A stretch of DNA of 61,483 nucleotides, filler included, from Bipalium vagum (GCA_037834085.1; 3 parts of 3 records of this genome joined end to end with filler, not necessarily neighbours in it); one strand, 5' to 3'; shown: positions 12,651 through 26,368, counted from the first letter of the whole stretch. Program-made: numbers and translations. The notes: a model not told the origin generated them from the sequence alone.

Positions 12651-15600
12651 ACAATAAATGATTTCAGTATTTAGAGGATTTATTAAATCATCTAAAAAAA
12701 GTATTTCTGCGAACACCCCTCAGAAATATTTATTAATAACATCTTGAAACTGCTCGATCTATGAGAAGACATTAATAATAGTTTTTCTGCATATAATGTT
12801 TAAATTTGTTATAAATAAACTGAATGAATTTTCTGTACAACTTTGTAATAATAATATAATTTCAACCGTACCATGAAGAACTTTAAACACAAAAGTATAT
12901 TGTGTTTTAAGAAAATTAATTTCCAATACTTTTTAAGATTTTTATAAGATCAAACGACTTGCACAATAATCAATAGATTTCAAAAAAAAATTATTCAAGT
13001 AAAATTTTTAAATATTTCATAATGATACAAAAGTTAAATAATGTATAAAATGTTTGTTAAATATTATAAATATATTTCATGTCAACTCTTCACATAAATA
13101 TTTTATTCATAAAGGTTATCAAATGAATAGAAATTTCATTTTTATAAAGATTTTCACAAATTTACTGACAATTTATAAATAAAAATTAATGACCTATGAT
13201 TTTTTTATTTACATTAATAAATAAAATTTAACATTTCAATTTATTAAAATTTTACTTCAATTACAATATTGATTATTTGATATTAATAGTATTTAGAACT
13301 TTATATAAAAAAATAATATATTAAAAAAATAAATAATATATATAAATAACAATATTATTTATAAAAATAATATAATATAATATAAAGAAAATAATTTTTA
13401 TTTTAAATATAAAAAATAAAACAAATTATTAAAATTTAAAATTGATTAATAATTATAATTTTTATTGATAAAATAACTAAATTAAATAATAATCCCTGCA
13501 ATATTTTTTTATTATCTTTTTGTCAATGTTTCAATGAGGCTGCTCAAAATTTTTATTTTAATGTGTAAAATAAGAAATATTATTTCAAAATATCCAATAC
13601 ATTAAGTTAAAATATATTTATAATTCGTAATCCGCTTTTTAAAATTGAGAACCAGTAGACTTAAATATCTAAAATGTAATTATCTACAAAAATATAATTC
13701 AAGTGATATCATATTTTCTGACACCAATATCAATTGTATGATATTGTCCCAGACTTTATAATATGAAACTTTAAGATAATAAAAATGTTATTAATATTAT
13801 CTTATTGATATTATAAAGTTTTATGACTATTTATTGATTATGTTCCTTAAAATAATTTATAAATTTTGTTTATAATTAAAACAAATAGATTATTATTTGA
13901 GAAATTTTGAAAAATATAATTTTTTAAAGATTTTTAATCTAATATTAGTTTATATAATAATTTCTATAAAAATAAGGTTATAAGTCTGAAATAAATCGCG
14001 ATAAATAAAGTATAATAAAATTAAATGTCACAATATTTAGATTATATTTATATTTAATTTATATTTAAATTTATATTAATATATTTTTATATTTTTAATT
14101 TATATTGCTCATTCTGTGTATAAAAAAGAAACAACAGTGGAAAGGATTTTTCGAGAAAATTATCAATAAAGAAAATTAATTTAATTGATGATTATCAATT
14201 ATTCAGTGATATTTTCCAATTAAATCTAAATGCTTTTAGGATATAAAAGGATGGAGAAACTATCTTCTCCTGCACATATTTGTTTAAATATGTTAGAAAA
14301 TTAAATGAAATTTAATATGGAATGAAAGACTTAACAAAATTAGTTCAATAATTTGGTGTATGCTAATTATATAATGATTTAGAAAGGTATAATTTGCAAA
14401 ACTTATTTTTATCAAAATTTAACTAACTACCTATTTAACTGAGCGTGGACTTCTATGTTTTAAATTATATAAAATTAAAAATTCTAGGAAATAATATTAA
14501 GTATAAAAAATATAATAATACATCGCATTTTTTCATTATTTTTATATTCTGAAAATAAATTTATATAATTCCAAAAACGTAATAATTCCAAAAAAATAAT
14601 AAAAAAAACAGTACCAAAAGCAAATAAAATTGATATACTATGTTTCCATCAATACTTTCAAAGTCAAATGGTCAAAATATTTTTTATTAAAAATCAAATT
14701 GAAAATTAGAAATGTTCAATTTTTTGTTTGAAATTGACTCTCCTTTGTAAGTCAAATACTTGACAGGATTTAATATGACAAAATTGACATTGCCATAATC
14801 CCATAAAATCACACATCCAATCCTTTTCAAAATTTCTCAATTCATTAAAAATGCTATAATAAAAGTATAAAGATTAAAAATTCAGATTATTTTTCAGTAT
14901 CGAAATAAAATTTTCATTAAAAAAATTCTTTGAGTAAAGTTTTCTTGTTACATTTTTTTTATTTATTTATATTATTTGTTTCCATACCTGTTTCTATAAT
15001 TTATATTTACTTTAATTTTTATTTATATATATATATATATATTAATAATAAATATTACTTTTATAAACTCAGTATGAAAATATATTTAATTATATATTTA
15101 ATATATATTATAATATTATAATATTCTATAAGATATTATGTAAAAATATTCTTCTTTTTCCATTAATAATATTAAATGAAAATATATTTTATATTTGTAA
15201 CAAGAAAAAAAATATTTATAATTCTTAAAACAAATATTTTCCTGAAAACTAAATGGGACACATTATTTTATTTTATATAAATAAAATTAATTCTTATGAA
15301 ATATCTGAAACAGTCAAATTAAATATTATTGGCAAAGATAATTTTATTACTTTTTAGATTCATTTTGATATATACTAATAAACGATTCTAATTGAAAAAA
15401 CCAACTCATATATTGGTTCATATAGATTTGTTGAAGAATTATAAAGATTTTTAATTTCGAACTTTCAAAGCGGATTGTTCTTATTAATCTAGACAAGATT
15501 AAAATAATCGATTTTGAAATATATTTTTAAAATTTACATTCATTATAAAAACAGTTTTATTTTTTTAATTTATTACGAAAAAATAATTTCCATCAATTTT

Positions 15601-17276
15601 TATTTCAAAGGTTAAGAAATTAAATATATTTTATTATTTTTAGAAAAATAGATAATATTCATATATAATTTTTTTATAATACAAAAAGTTTATTTTATAT
15701 TGAATTAAAATATATATAACCTAATGTCTTTTGTAAAAAAATTAAAAAAAATTATATATCCATGGTCAAAAATTAAGAAATAAAATGAGATTTTATATTA
15801 AAAGAAATTTAGTTTAAATATTTTTTTACTCTGCTACAAATATAAATAATAGATTTTAACAAACTGAAACTTTATTTCTCTAATATATATTGGGAAAAAT
15901 AATTTCTTATATCTTTAATTTATAATTCTAAAAATAAATATTTTTCAGATGATTTCAACTCTATTTTTATGAAAGAATTTAATTTTCTTCAGTTTATAAA
16001 TCTTTGAAAGATACATCTCTATCTCTGTTTAATTTCAATAATTATGGTATTTAATATTTAGATTAATTTTAAATTTAATATGATTCTGTGCTGTTTGCAC
16101 ATTGTTAGTAAATTATTTCTGTTTAATAACCCAAAAACCGAAAAATTCATTTTACATTTCATTAATCCAAATGAAATTTCTACTAACCAAAATGAAGTTT
16201 TTTTATAATCAGATTAAAAAATATTAATTAAAATATTTAAAGAACCATATTGTTTTGCAAATTTATTAATCTTTTCTTGTTTTCAATTCCTTCAAATAAA
16301 TGAGAGCAATTTTTAATTAACAAATAAAGTTTCATAAATAATATTAATTTACAATTAAAAAATATATAAAAAATAATAATATATATGAAAAATAAAGTTA
16401 TTTAATATTCCATTATATTTTTCTTTGATTTCAATTTCATTTGAAAACTAAAATATTCTCTGATTTCCAATTTTTTTCATTTTTAACTTTGTAACTGAAT
16501 TCCAGTTAAAGATAAAATTTTGATAATGGATTTTTTAAAAAATCATTAATAAGAAACGTTTTACTTAAATTATTTATACCGAAAGTAATTATTAATAAAA
16601 TTAAATAAAAAACCTTACCAATCAGATGATTGTAATGAATTTAATTTCATAAATATATAAAATGAAATTAATTACTAATTATAAAATCATTTTAGAATTT
16701 TCAAATTTTTATTAATTTCATTGGATACCGAGACAACCAATGAAACGTTGAGAGCAATGAATCTGGCATAACCGAATATTTTATTTCTCAAGTAATTCTG
16801 AAACATGTAAAATCTCGGTCAGATTGAATTCTTGTATCTTTAGAAATTATTTTTTTTTGCAATAAAATAAATAATCAGAAAGGAAGAAAATATAATATAT
16901 AATAAAGATTTGATTTTTTCAGGATAATTTTTAATAATTGTTGTCTCCGTTTAAAATTTCATGTGATTGTCAGAAAATAAATTCTCGGATTACGAAAAAC
17001 CTATATCAAAATTTATGTTGAATGAAATATTAAACTTGATTTATCATTATTTTAAATTTCTTTTACTAAGATTAATCATATGAAAAATTGTCGGCTAATA
17101 AAAGGATAATATAGGAATACAAATGAAGGCATTCATTTTTTATGTTTCAAATTTACGAAAATATCAGAAATTGTTTTAGATCTTACTAACCAATATCACT
17201 TTTTTAATATGCTTCATTTTACGCCTGTTCTTCAAAGATTGATCAAGGTAAATTACAAAAGGTAATTGATTACCTT

Positions 17277-17376
17277 GGATGTGCCAACCAGTGCCCCGCT
17301 CCGATTGACCGGACCGAAATTTTTAATTTTATAATAACCCGCGACCCGAGAAAAACGTTTTGAACCCGTACGGCCT
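17277..17376. mobile_element. Possible hAT-type terminal/subterminal fragment
   Basis: Isolated CpG-rich patch with repeated ACCG/ACCCG motifs (gaccggaccg, acccgcgacccg, gaacccg), as seen in hAT subtermini; no partner end found. Confidence 0.35.
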
Positions 17377-17574
17377 CATTATTTAAAAATTAATCTTATA
17401 TTCATATATCCATTTTTTAAACAATATTAATTTTTAATTTTGTCTATTTAATAATTGTAAGTTAAATAGTTGTATTTGTACCTTAATTTTTATTTAACTT
17501 TAATTTAAATAGTTTTTAACTTTAGTTTAATTCATTACTTTAAAATTTATTTTTTATTATTAATTTAAATTTAG

Positions 17575-18000
17575 TCCTTATATCTCCTGTTTATATTTTT
17601 TAAAAAATTTTCCAAATTTCTTTCTATTTCTTTTCCACTTGATGATGTTGATCTTCTCTCGTGTACCTTTCCTATTATCTTGTACAATCCCTCACATTTT
17701 TCATATTCTTTTGATCTTCCTTCTAGTTTTTGTTTGTTCTCTTTATGAATCTTTTTTGATCATCCCAATTTTTTCTTCACTTTCTTGGCATTTACATCTA
17801 TCGATTTTCATCATCTGGTTTATCTGCCTTGTTATCATTTTCTGTCTCTAAATCTTCATTTTGCGTTTAACATTGAATGCAAATTTTACATTTAATTCTT
17901 GATAGTATATCTGCATTTGTCTGTTTATCATTCTGTCTATAAATCAGCTCCATCGGCAAACTACTGGGGTAGTTCATCCAGATCTGGATGTCTTATGAAT
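17575..18000 (-). mobile_element. Gypsy LTR-retrotransposon pol relic (RNase H end joined to post-integrase tail)
   Basis: QIWMNYPSSLPMELIYRQNDKQTNADILSRIKCKICIQC, then EGLYKIIGKVHER..SGKEIERNLE (GPY/F-like); integrase core deleted. Confidence 0.75.
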
Positions 18001-18579
18001 TTTTTCACAAAAATAACATTTAAAGTGCTTACAGAAATAATCAATCGCCAATAACTTTAATTCTTACAATATAAATATATTTCTGCAAAATACATTCATT
18101 TGAACTCAATACAGTTTGAAAGTGATTATAAATAATTCGAAAAAATTAATAATAAACAATTATCCAATTAAAAAATTACTATCAAGGATAAATATCAGCA
18201 CAAAAATATGTTTCCGTTTTTTTACCATAAGAGGCTAAAGTAATAATATCACTTATTACATTGTGTGATCTTCTGGTATGGAAAGAAAATCGAACATTAA
18301 TGGGAATATCTGACGTCTTCTGAGATCTTATATAACATGTCCGATTATTTGATACCGAATCAAGGGTGAAAAAGTTTATTTGGCAAAAGTATTTTTCAAT
18401 TTATTTTTTCAGAAATTTTAGAACTTATATAAAAATAACAATTATCTGGATGTTTTTCGATATCTGTTCAAATTAAATATTGTCAGAAATACCTAAAATA
18501 TCTTAAGCAAAAATCATTTTCTAATATTATGATTTTTATTTGCGTGCCCATGGTGAACTGAGTAAAATTTAATGATATA

Positions 18580-19238
18580 CAGTGCACAACGGTTACATCG
18601 AATTTGTGGGGAACTCCAAAATACTTCGATGTAACCGATACTTCGATGTAAACGAAAAAAATTAAAAAATAAAAAAAATTAACATTTTAAAATATTTATT
18701 TATGAAAATAGTCGAGTAAAGTCTTCTGAATTGGCCGAGATTTTAGTATATCATTTTCCACAAGTTCTTCTACCTGTGACATTGTCGATTTTATATTGGT
18801 AGAACCGTAAAAGTCTTTTTTGGACAAAAATTTTAAGACAACTCTCAAGTTTGTCATTGCCTCTTTACTTGTAACCTGGATATTTTCCCACAAATAGCTG
18901 TTCATTGATGATGTAGCTTTATTTTCATCATCATCCTCTTCACATGGAACTTCCGTGGTATCCATTACAGCGACGTCTTTATCCAATGCCAGAAACTGAT
19001 CAACTTCATCTCCATTTGAAAATATTCCAAATTTAATTAGTTCATCAATAATACCATATGGAGATGCTCTTTTCTTTGTAAAATTCGCCGGGCGTGATAA
19101 ATGATCAGAAACAATATTGTCTTTTTTTAAGTTCCAAGTTGAGATAGTTGACAATGGGATTTTTTCTCTTTTTGATATGATTACCATAGGTGTTCCACTT
19201 GATATTTCGTTTAATATTTTAATTTTCTTCTTTAAAGA
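18580..19238 (-). mobile_element. pogo/Tigger-family element, internally deleted, 5' end lost in gap
   Basis: TA-flanked TIR CAGTGCACAACGGTTACATCGAA at 18580 with internal inverted repeat (18590-18602 / 18625-18637) and direct repeat atacttcgatgtaa; CENP-B-type ORF inside. Confidence 0.9.
18696..19238 (-). CDS. Truncated pogo/Tigger protein: HTH_psq (CENP-B N) fused in frame to acidic C-terminal tail; DDE domain absent
   Basis: Frame open from the gap: SLKKKIKILNEISSGTPMVIISKREKIPLSTISTW..KKRASPYGIIDELI, then directly VDQFLALDKDV..EEDDDE..TSKEAMTNLRVVLKFL..QKTLLDYFHK*. Confidence 0.75.
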   Translation of the reverse strand, partial: SLKKKIKILNEISSGTPMVIISKREKIPLSTISTWNLKKDNIVSDHLSRPANFTKKRASPYGIIDELIKFGIFSNGDEVDQFLALDKDVAVMDTTEVPCEEDDDENKATSSMNSYLWENIQVTSKEAMTNLRVVLKFLSKKDFYGSTNIKSTMSQVEELVENDILKSRPIQKTLLDYFHK

Positions 19239-19338
19239 NNNNNNNNNNNNNNNNNNNNNNNNNNNNNNNNNNNNNNNNNNNNTTAATTAATTAANNNNNN
19301 NNNNNNNNNNNNNNNNNNNNNNNNNNNNNNNNNNNNNN
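19239..19338. other. Assembly gap with artificial six-frame stop linker (44 N + TTAATTAATTAA + 44 N)
   Basis: Exactly 100 nt; identical construct at 38932-39031. Confidence 0.97.
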
Positions 19339-19352
19339 TATTATTATTTTTA

Positions 19353-19411
<59 letters not shown>
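19339..19411. repeat. (TTA)n microsatellite
   Basis: Directly visible, adjoining the gap. Confidence 0.95.
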
Positions 19412-19412
<1 letters not shown>

Positions 19413-19499
19413 CATCTTGTGACGTAAAGAAAATGAGTCAATTAACTTAATGATATTTACTCAATCATACCTGTTTAACTTTTCCAGGTAATAGTAGCA

Positions 19500-20350
19500 C
19501 AACCGATCTTTAAAATGAATTAATTTATGAAAAGCTTTTTTTTGTTAATTAAATTTGATAATTTAAAATTAACTTGCTCTGTATAAAATTAGTTGATGAA
19601 ATCAACAAAGATCAGTAGCACAATAACTTGTATCTATATCACAATGTCATGGCAAACCCAGTCAGAATACCAATGGAATGAATTATAAAGTTATCAATAA
19701 AGTGTTCAGATAACAATGAAACTGATCACTATATCAACAATTGAATAATTAAATAGATCACAATGATGTAAATTACTAATTTTCTAATCAATTATTACAT
19801 TGTCAACAAATAGTCCAAAATAAATAAATTATATTACTAAGCAACAAAAGAAAAGTTTAATGAAAAAAAAGAAATAAATCAATCTTACCATCTTTGTCTC
19901 TCTCAGATCCTTAACCTATTAACTGAAAATTTAGTTTGCTTAGACATAGATCCCTAGAGGTGGATCCGAACATAATGGATACGCCTAATAAAAGACAAAA
20001 TTAAATAAACTCTTTATCTTCCTTCAATATAGATATAATTTACCAAATTTTTTTCTGTGGTAAAAGTTACTTCATTTACGAAATTATCCTATTCCGTCAA
20101 CAAATTATTTTTCACTGCACTTCTGGCCGTTAAAATTTAATGGGAAATGCTTTTCCTTATATACTCAATTTTGATTGTCCCTGAACTACTTGATTTTACT
20201 TTAATATAGTCAACCTCCTTAAATAAGCTTCAATTTCCAATTATAACTTCCTAAAAGGAACTTCATTTATATAATTGTGTAATTTCAAGAATTACTAATT
20301 AGGGGTTTGATTTTATATAATTATTTATTTATTTATTTATTATTATTATA
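19500..20350 (-). mobile_element. Probable decayed solo LTR, related to 59176-60066
   Basis: Shared colinear blocks with the 59 kb copy: atcagta..tgtatYtatatcaca, A-rich tract plus cttac (minus-strand donor GTAAG), cttatatact (minus-strand TATA); ends unclear. Confidence 0.45.
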
Positions 20351-21010
20351 ATTGTGTAATTCACAAGAATTACAATTTAAGAGGTTTTAATTAAGTTAAA
20401 TATATAATAAAAAAATACTTGTTGATAACAATGTATTCTATAAAGTATATATAATAAATACTGTGATAAATATCTTGTACTGTTTGTTTTTTGGTTAAGA
20501 ATTAATCTGATCCTTTTTATATAAATATTTTGTGATGATCCGGGTGTGATAGCTTCGTGATATTTTCCGGTGTCGCTGCGTGAATAATTTATTTTTATAT
20601 CGTTGTTCTTGTCGTTTTTTGTGTGCTTTTTTTGTGATCATTTTTATCATACATCTTATAATTAGTAAATAATATTTCCATTAAATAGTAATTTATAATT
20701 GACTTCTGTACAATACTTACAATAATAATTTTGCTATACATAATTTTCTTATATAATTTATTTTAGCATTTTCTACTTAATATATTATTTTTTACAATAT
20801 TTAATGTATTTTTTTGTTTTAATGTATTTACTTTTATACAAAATAAATATAATAACAATAATAATTATTATTATTTATTTATATTCCATTTTATTAAAAT
20901 TTTATTATATATATATATATATATAACTCTTGGAGAAAAATTCTTTCACATAAAACATAAAACTAATTATATAAAAAACATATTTTATTAATATAATATT
21001 ATAATATAAT

Positions 21011-21170
21011 TGTCACACAATGTGGATCACAAAAGTGTTGAATTGTTATTTCGTAGTTTTTGAGGATCTTTGAAGTCTCCACATTACCATTAGTTTTGTA
21101 AAACAATCTTCTGTGAAGATCAGAAGGCTTTAATAAAGAAAAACAAATCTTATGTATTGTGTGTGAGACA
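21011..21170 (+). mobile_element. Short TG...CA element (mini solo LTR or MITE)
   Basis: Inverted termini tgtcacaca / tgtgtgagaca, AATAAA ~35 nt before the end; no TSD seen. Confidence 0.4.
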
Positions 21171-21744
21171 AGATCAAATTTTGATCTGAATCTTTACATA
21201 ATATTATTAAGATGTCCTTATAAAAATGAATAAAAATTATCCAATTAAATTTTATTTGTACCAATACATACATGGATAAATTGAAATAATAATAATAGTT
21301 TTATTCTGTTCAAAATAGTAAAAATTAACACACTAAATAATAGTATAGGAGTTTGAATCGTAAAGTATAAATTATCAATGAACACAGTAATCCAATTTTA
21401 ATCGTCAATATTAATTTAAGAAAAACAATAATAAAAAAAATGATAGAATAATCAAAACAAAAATAACAATTACTGTTAAGTAAATCAAATTGAAAAAAGA
21501 AAGAATTATTCAAAAACATGATTATTAAGAATAAAACAATTTATTCACCTACCAAAGGTAGTGGTTCACTGTATCACCTGAGGCCTAAAACAGTACGCCT
21601 ATAAACTACTGAGCAAGACAAGATTCATTTTAAAATCATATCGCATAATAAAAGTATGTAAGCAATTAAACCTTAAAAAATCAGTTTCCCAAAACATCTA
21701 AAAATGAACAATTTAAAATAAATCTTATGAAATTATCATATCAT

Positions 21745-22054
21745 TATATATTATTATTGATATTATATTATTATTTTGATATTATATTATTATTGATATT
21801 ATATTATTATTGATATTATATTATTATTGATATTATATTATTATTATTGATATTATATTATTATTGATATTATATTATTATTATTGATATTATATTATTA
21901 TTATTGATATTATATTATTATTATTGATATTATATTATTATTGATATTATATTATTTTAATATTATATTATTATTGATATTATATTATTATTTTAATATT
22001 ATATTATTATTGATATTATATTATTATTTTAATATTATATTATTATTGATATTA
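21745..22054. repeat. AT-rich minisatellite, unit GATATTATATTATTATT (17-20 nt), ~17 copies
   Basis: Direct inspection; units vary by one ATT triplet or a TTTTAA variant. Confidence 0.95.
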
Positions 22055-22804
22055 TTTTTTGTTCATAGCAATATACATAGTAATTTTTGCAATTAGGTAA
22101 GCTGATTATGTGTTATAAAGATAATGTTATGCCATAAAAAATTGTGCTAAAATTATATCACAGTTAGAATTTTTATTTAGACAAATAACAGTAATAGGAC
22201 ACATTTGGGGTTTAACTCAAAGACTTAATATATATATATTTTAAAATTTTAAGTGTTAAATATATATTTTAAAATAAATGTCTTATTTTAAAAATACTTT
22301 ATTCTCATCCAGATTTACACAACGAAAACTGGATATAAAATTTTATGAAAAAGATAAATATTTTCTTTTTTTAAAATTGATTTTATTACAAAAATAAATT
22401 TAGTGAAAATATAAAGGAAATTATGATATTTGATTGCAAATTTAATGAGATTGCAATCCGGACTTTCGTTTTGCTCTTTTAATAAAATTTTTCAAAAACG
22501 AAAATAATATTTTAAAAATTTAAACGAAATAAGCTTTTTGTTGCTTAAGAATATTAAATCTTTATTTCTCATTTATTTTTCTTGCTTGTTTACCATTTCC
22601 AGAAATAGATTTAATGTTTTTATTTTAGGTTATATATTCAACTAACTAAGTTAATTTAATTAGTTTCAAATACAGTGTCTTCAAGATAAAACCAGAAGAA
22701 TTATAATGTTAATAAAAGGTGTAAATAGGTATAATTAATGTTACTATTATACTTTGAATTAGTTACGTATACTCGTGTACTCGTCACTCCTCACTTTAAT
22801 AAAA

Positions 22805-23614
22805 TGTTGTGTCCGTCCCTCTCAACCTTATCTGAATCAAAACCCCCACCACAATACCATATCCGCACCCTTAAAAGCTGAATCCAACCTCTACAATAAA
22901 ACTTTATTTGAACAAAACACAATCACACTGGAAAATAATGATCACAAGGAAAATCCCCTTCTTCTAATCACCCTTTAATCAATGAGTTCAATAATTGAAA
23001 ATGTCACCAAGAATAATGATAAAAATAAAAATAAATAAATAATATTACTGTTCTAATAAAAAAGAAGAAAGACATTATCACAAAAGAGAGAGTCGAGAGT
23101 AAAAAAATGGTCTCACCAAGAGTTATAGGGGGTCCCCGGATTGCCCTCTAAGTCCTTCTCACCTAGCGATTCCCAAGCTCGCTGGGATCCCTAGTAGAAT
23201 CCTCCCACGAAGTCATATCCACTTAAAATACCCTGAAGTTCTGTCTTCAGCTCTTAGTCGTTCCCTTGAATTGTCGTTCCCCGTTGTCGTATTCTCTGTT
23301 CCGTATTGTCTATGGTTTTCTTTTTTTGTCTTTTCTGTTGAGTGCTAGGCCATTAACGGGAATAGCCGTCTCTTTATATAGTCGTAGAGATTTGTCTAAG
23401 ATCACCAATCCCTACGCTTAGAGACGGCGTTTTTCCCTAATAGCCATCAACTCTATGTCCACGCCGAAATAGACTGATATCAAGGCTAATGGAATCCTGC
23501 AGTTCATCCGAGAACGACTGTCAGGGAATCCATTAGCCTAATATGCCAAAAATTCCTACGGCGGGATTTTGTCAAGAGAGCAAGCAAAAAAAATTCTAAT
23601 TTGATGTGATAACA
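22805..23614 (-). mobile_element. Solo LTR (~810 bp)
   Basis: TGTT...AACA termini; on the minus strand TATATAAA (~23380), GGTGAG donor-like sites, AATAAA ~95 nt before the terminal CA; GC-richer than flanks; no perfect TSD. Confidence 0.7.
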
Positions 23615-24150
23615 ATTAATGCCTATAACCCTATCAAGCCTGACTCAAAATGAGATGCATACTCGCTTGACTTCCTTGTCTAATTTAGTTTTTACCTCCA
23701 TAGTGGCATTCTTTAAGAGCTGTTTAAATTATCAGGTTTTAAGTCAATTTATAATAATCGAGAGGATTGCAGTCAGAACTAGAAGTAGACCATTAATCAT
23801 TTCCTAGTTTTATAAGCAAATCAGAATCTTATTGTAAGACATATTTTCTTCTAGGCTATTTTATTCATTTAAGATTTGACAACCTTGTCTAACACGCCGA
23901 TAATATGTGTCAGCATTCATTTTAAGGCCATGTTGGAAAGGTTGAGGAGAAATTTTTAGGAATACCATGAATTCTTTTCTTTCCTTAGGTCGTTTATTTT
24001 GAAATTTCTTTTGACATCGAAAACTTAGATTAAGTTTTGGCTTACTCATAAACTTTGGTATTGTTTTAGGCATACCATTCAATTATTTCTTTAGGCTTCC
24101 TTTCGACGTGAAATAATTACAATAATTTCTTCAGTTCTATTTTCTGTCGA
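23615..24150 (-). mobile_element. maT (DD37D) transposase relic, internally deleted
   Basis: KPKEIIEWY..TKVYE; FQHGLKMNADTY; VLDKVVKS*MNKIA; RKYVLQ*DS; WSTSSSDCNPLDYY; KRVCISF*VRLDRVI. Confidence 0.85.
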
Positions 24151-25439
24151 TGATTAATAGTAATGATTTCAAATTTGATTTTTCTATTTTATTGATAAAT
24201 TGGGTTACTTAAGCAAGAATAATTAAAGAAGTCACTCAAATTATTATTTTTAGTATAACATTGAACATGTTCCAGATTTATTTTCATAACACTGTACTTA
24301 AAAATAACACTAATATTATAAAATAATAATTTACCATAGATAATTGTAATTAATTAAAAAATATTTTTAATTCACATAGATATTCAATGACAAATGAATT
24401 TACATAAATATGCTCTGTGCCCCTCTGAAAAAAATTATTAAAGCTTGTAATCATCCATAACACTCCCGGAAGTCCAATATTATTTTTTTCACAGAATGTT
24501 TTTCCATATTTTATTAATTCTAAAAAATTTTAAAATGAGGACACCTGATTTTTTATAATTCCAACAAATGGAGAATGAGATTATTTTCTTAATAAAATTG
24601 CAAAATTGAAAAATTATTTTAGCCTTCTTTCGACTCACTTTCTTTTAAAATGTTCTTAAAATTTCAGGTCTGTGTATAATTCGTCTCTTCACAAATATTT
24701 GAAGTACAATTTCTTTGGAATTTGCCCAAAATTTTTTATTTTCTCAATTTTTTAAATTGAATCATATTTGGAATTTGTTTAAGTTCCTTTTTATAAATCA
24801 TTATTATTTGCTGTTATTTTATATTATTAATCTTTACGTTTTAATTTATACAATATTCTTTATATTATTTTTTATATTTATTATTTTTAAAAATTCCTAA
24901 TTATTTTATAATCGCAATAATAATTTATATAATGAAAAAAGCTCAATAAATTTATTCTTAGTTTATTGTTAAAATTAAATATGTTCTTTCTGAAAAAAAC
25001 ATTCATTTTATATGGTGTTATGATCATACTATTTTCATCAAATCTGTGGTCGCAATTACATTGTGCAATGTGATACACTTCTAAATACCATACTCCCACC
25101 CATTATTATATTATTTTTAATTATTTTTTTAAAAAAATTTAACATTTTTAATTTATGCATATGGAACAAGGCTAATAATCTTAAAATAAAATTAATTATA
25201 ATGATTTTATTCGGTTCAGCACTTTCTAATAATTTTTGCGAATTCTGTTTTATAAACATTTGTTCAATATACAAACAATCAATGGAACAATAGTTTTACA
25301 TTTGTCACATATTCAATAACATTTAAAATACCATTTACAAGGATAGCAATAATTTCATTGCATAAGGAGAGAATGTCATTTAATTTACCAACCATGGATA
25401 ACATGTTCCGTTTTCATTACATCTTCTATTCAACAAACT

Positions 25440-25830
25440 AAGGGGTCGAAGAATCACTTTCCTCCCCTCTTGTAGTTCATATTCTTCAAGAATTATGAGT
25501 TTTTATGATCATTGTTTTGTGTGCCAAGATTTTATACCAATTTAAAACCTGAAAACCGTCAGAAAATGGAAATAATTATATCAACATTTTTTATGAATTT
25601 GAAGACCATATATAGACGTTTGGAGGTCATCTTAGTAACATCCTGATGAAGTCAAACTTAAAGAGATGAGTACATGAAAAATAGATTTAGAATTTATATG
25701 CTGGATAAAGTTGATTTGACCTTACCTCAAAGTAATAACTAAACGATCAAATAAATAATGATAAAAATAATTTTCCTACATAAAAATCGTGGGTAAAATC
25801 AGACAAGTGAAGCATTGATATCAATAGAAC
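25440..25830 (+). mobile_element. Possible piggyBac transposase relic
   Basis: Weak ordered matches across frameshifts: LVVHIL, H..FYTNL (DNFYTS), KLKRDE, YIKIVGKI (YNKxMGGVD). Confidence 0.4.
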
Positions 25831-26029
25831 AGGTTCACAATGGAAATCACCAGACATTTTTCACCAAACTATCTCTGTTTCATTCAACATTACCAAATTA
25901 TTCATGTGTAAAATGTCATGAAAAAGAAGAATTAAATTAACAAATTTAATAATTAATGTGAAGATATATTTCTTCACACTTTTTATACAGATAACATTAA
26001 TAAAAAATTACCAGTAACACGAAAATGAA

Positions 26030-26368
26030 AGGATCACATTGCCGGCCGCAAGTTTGATCATTTCAAAACCATTCTTCCAGAAACTCATTATACAGTTTAC
26101 GTTTATGACAAAAGTCATTAATGGATCTCGAAAATATAATTCAGGACAAATTAAATTTTTCGAAGAGTGAAAAACGTTAATGATGAAACAGTCATCTTAT
26201 CCTCCTGATTGACTTCTTACATTCCCTACCTGTTCTGAAGAGGAGTATATGTCTTCAAAATCTTTTAGGAACATTCTCCTGTGTATATAAATAATTACTT
26301 TAAGCAGTGGTTTTAGACCAATTAAACCCTTTATGCATTATGAAGGAGAATATTTTGAAAAACAATGA
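26030..26368 (+). mobile_element. Heavily deleted mariner relic (irritans-like)
   Basis: IIQDKLNFSK, YPPD..YLF, terminal EGEYFEKQ*. Confidence 0.5.

Noticed and set aside
14930-15121. Hydrophobic short ORFs (also 11218, 17639, 21325, 24715, 25063, 37865) as membrane peptides
   Set aside because: F/L/I/Y-rich output expected from AT-rich DNA or antisense of K/E-rich relics
19283-19294. TTAATTAATTAA inside N runs (also 38976-38987) as a piggyBac site or biological motif
   Set aside because: Identical 44N-12-44N construct twice; an artificial six-frame stop linker
21745-22054. Repeat array as CRISPR
   Set aside because: No unique spacers, low complexity, eukaryotic context, no cas genes
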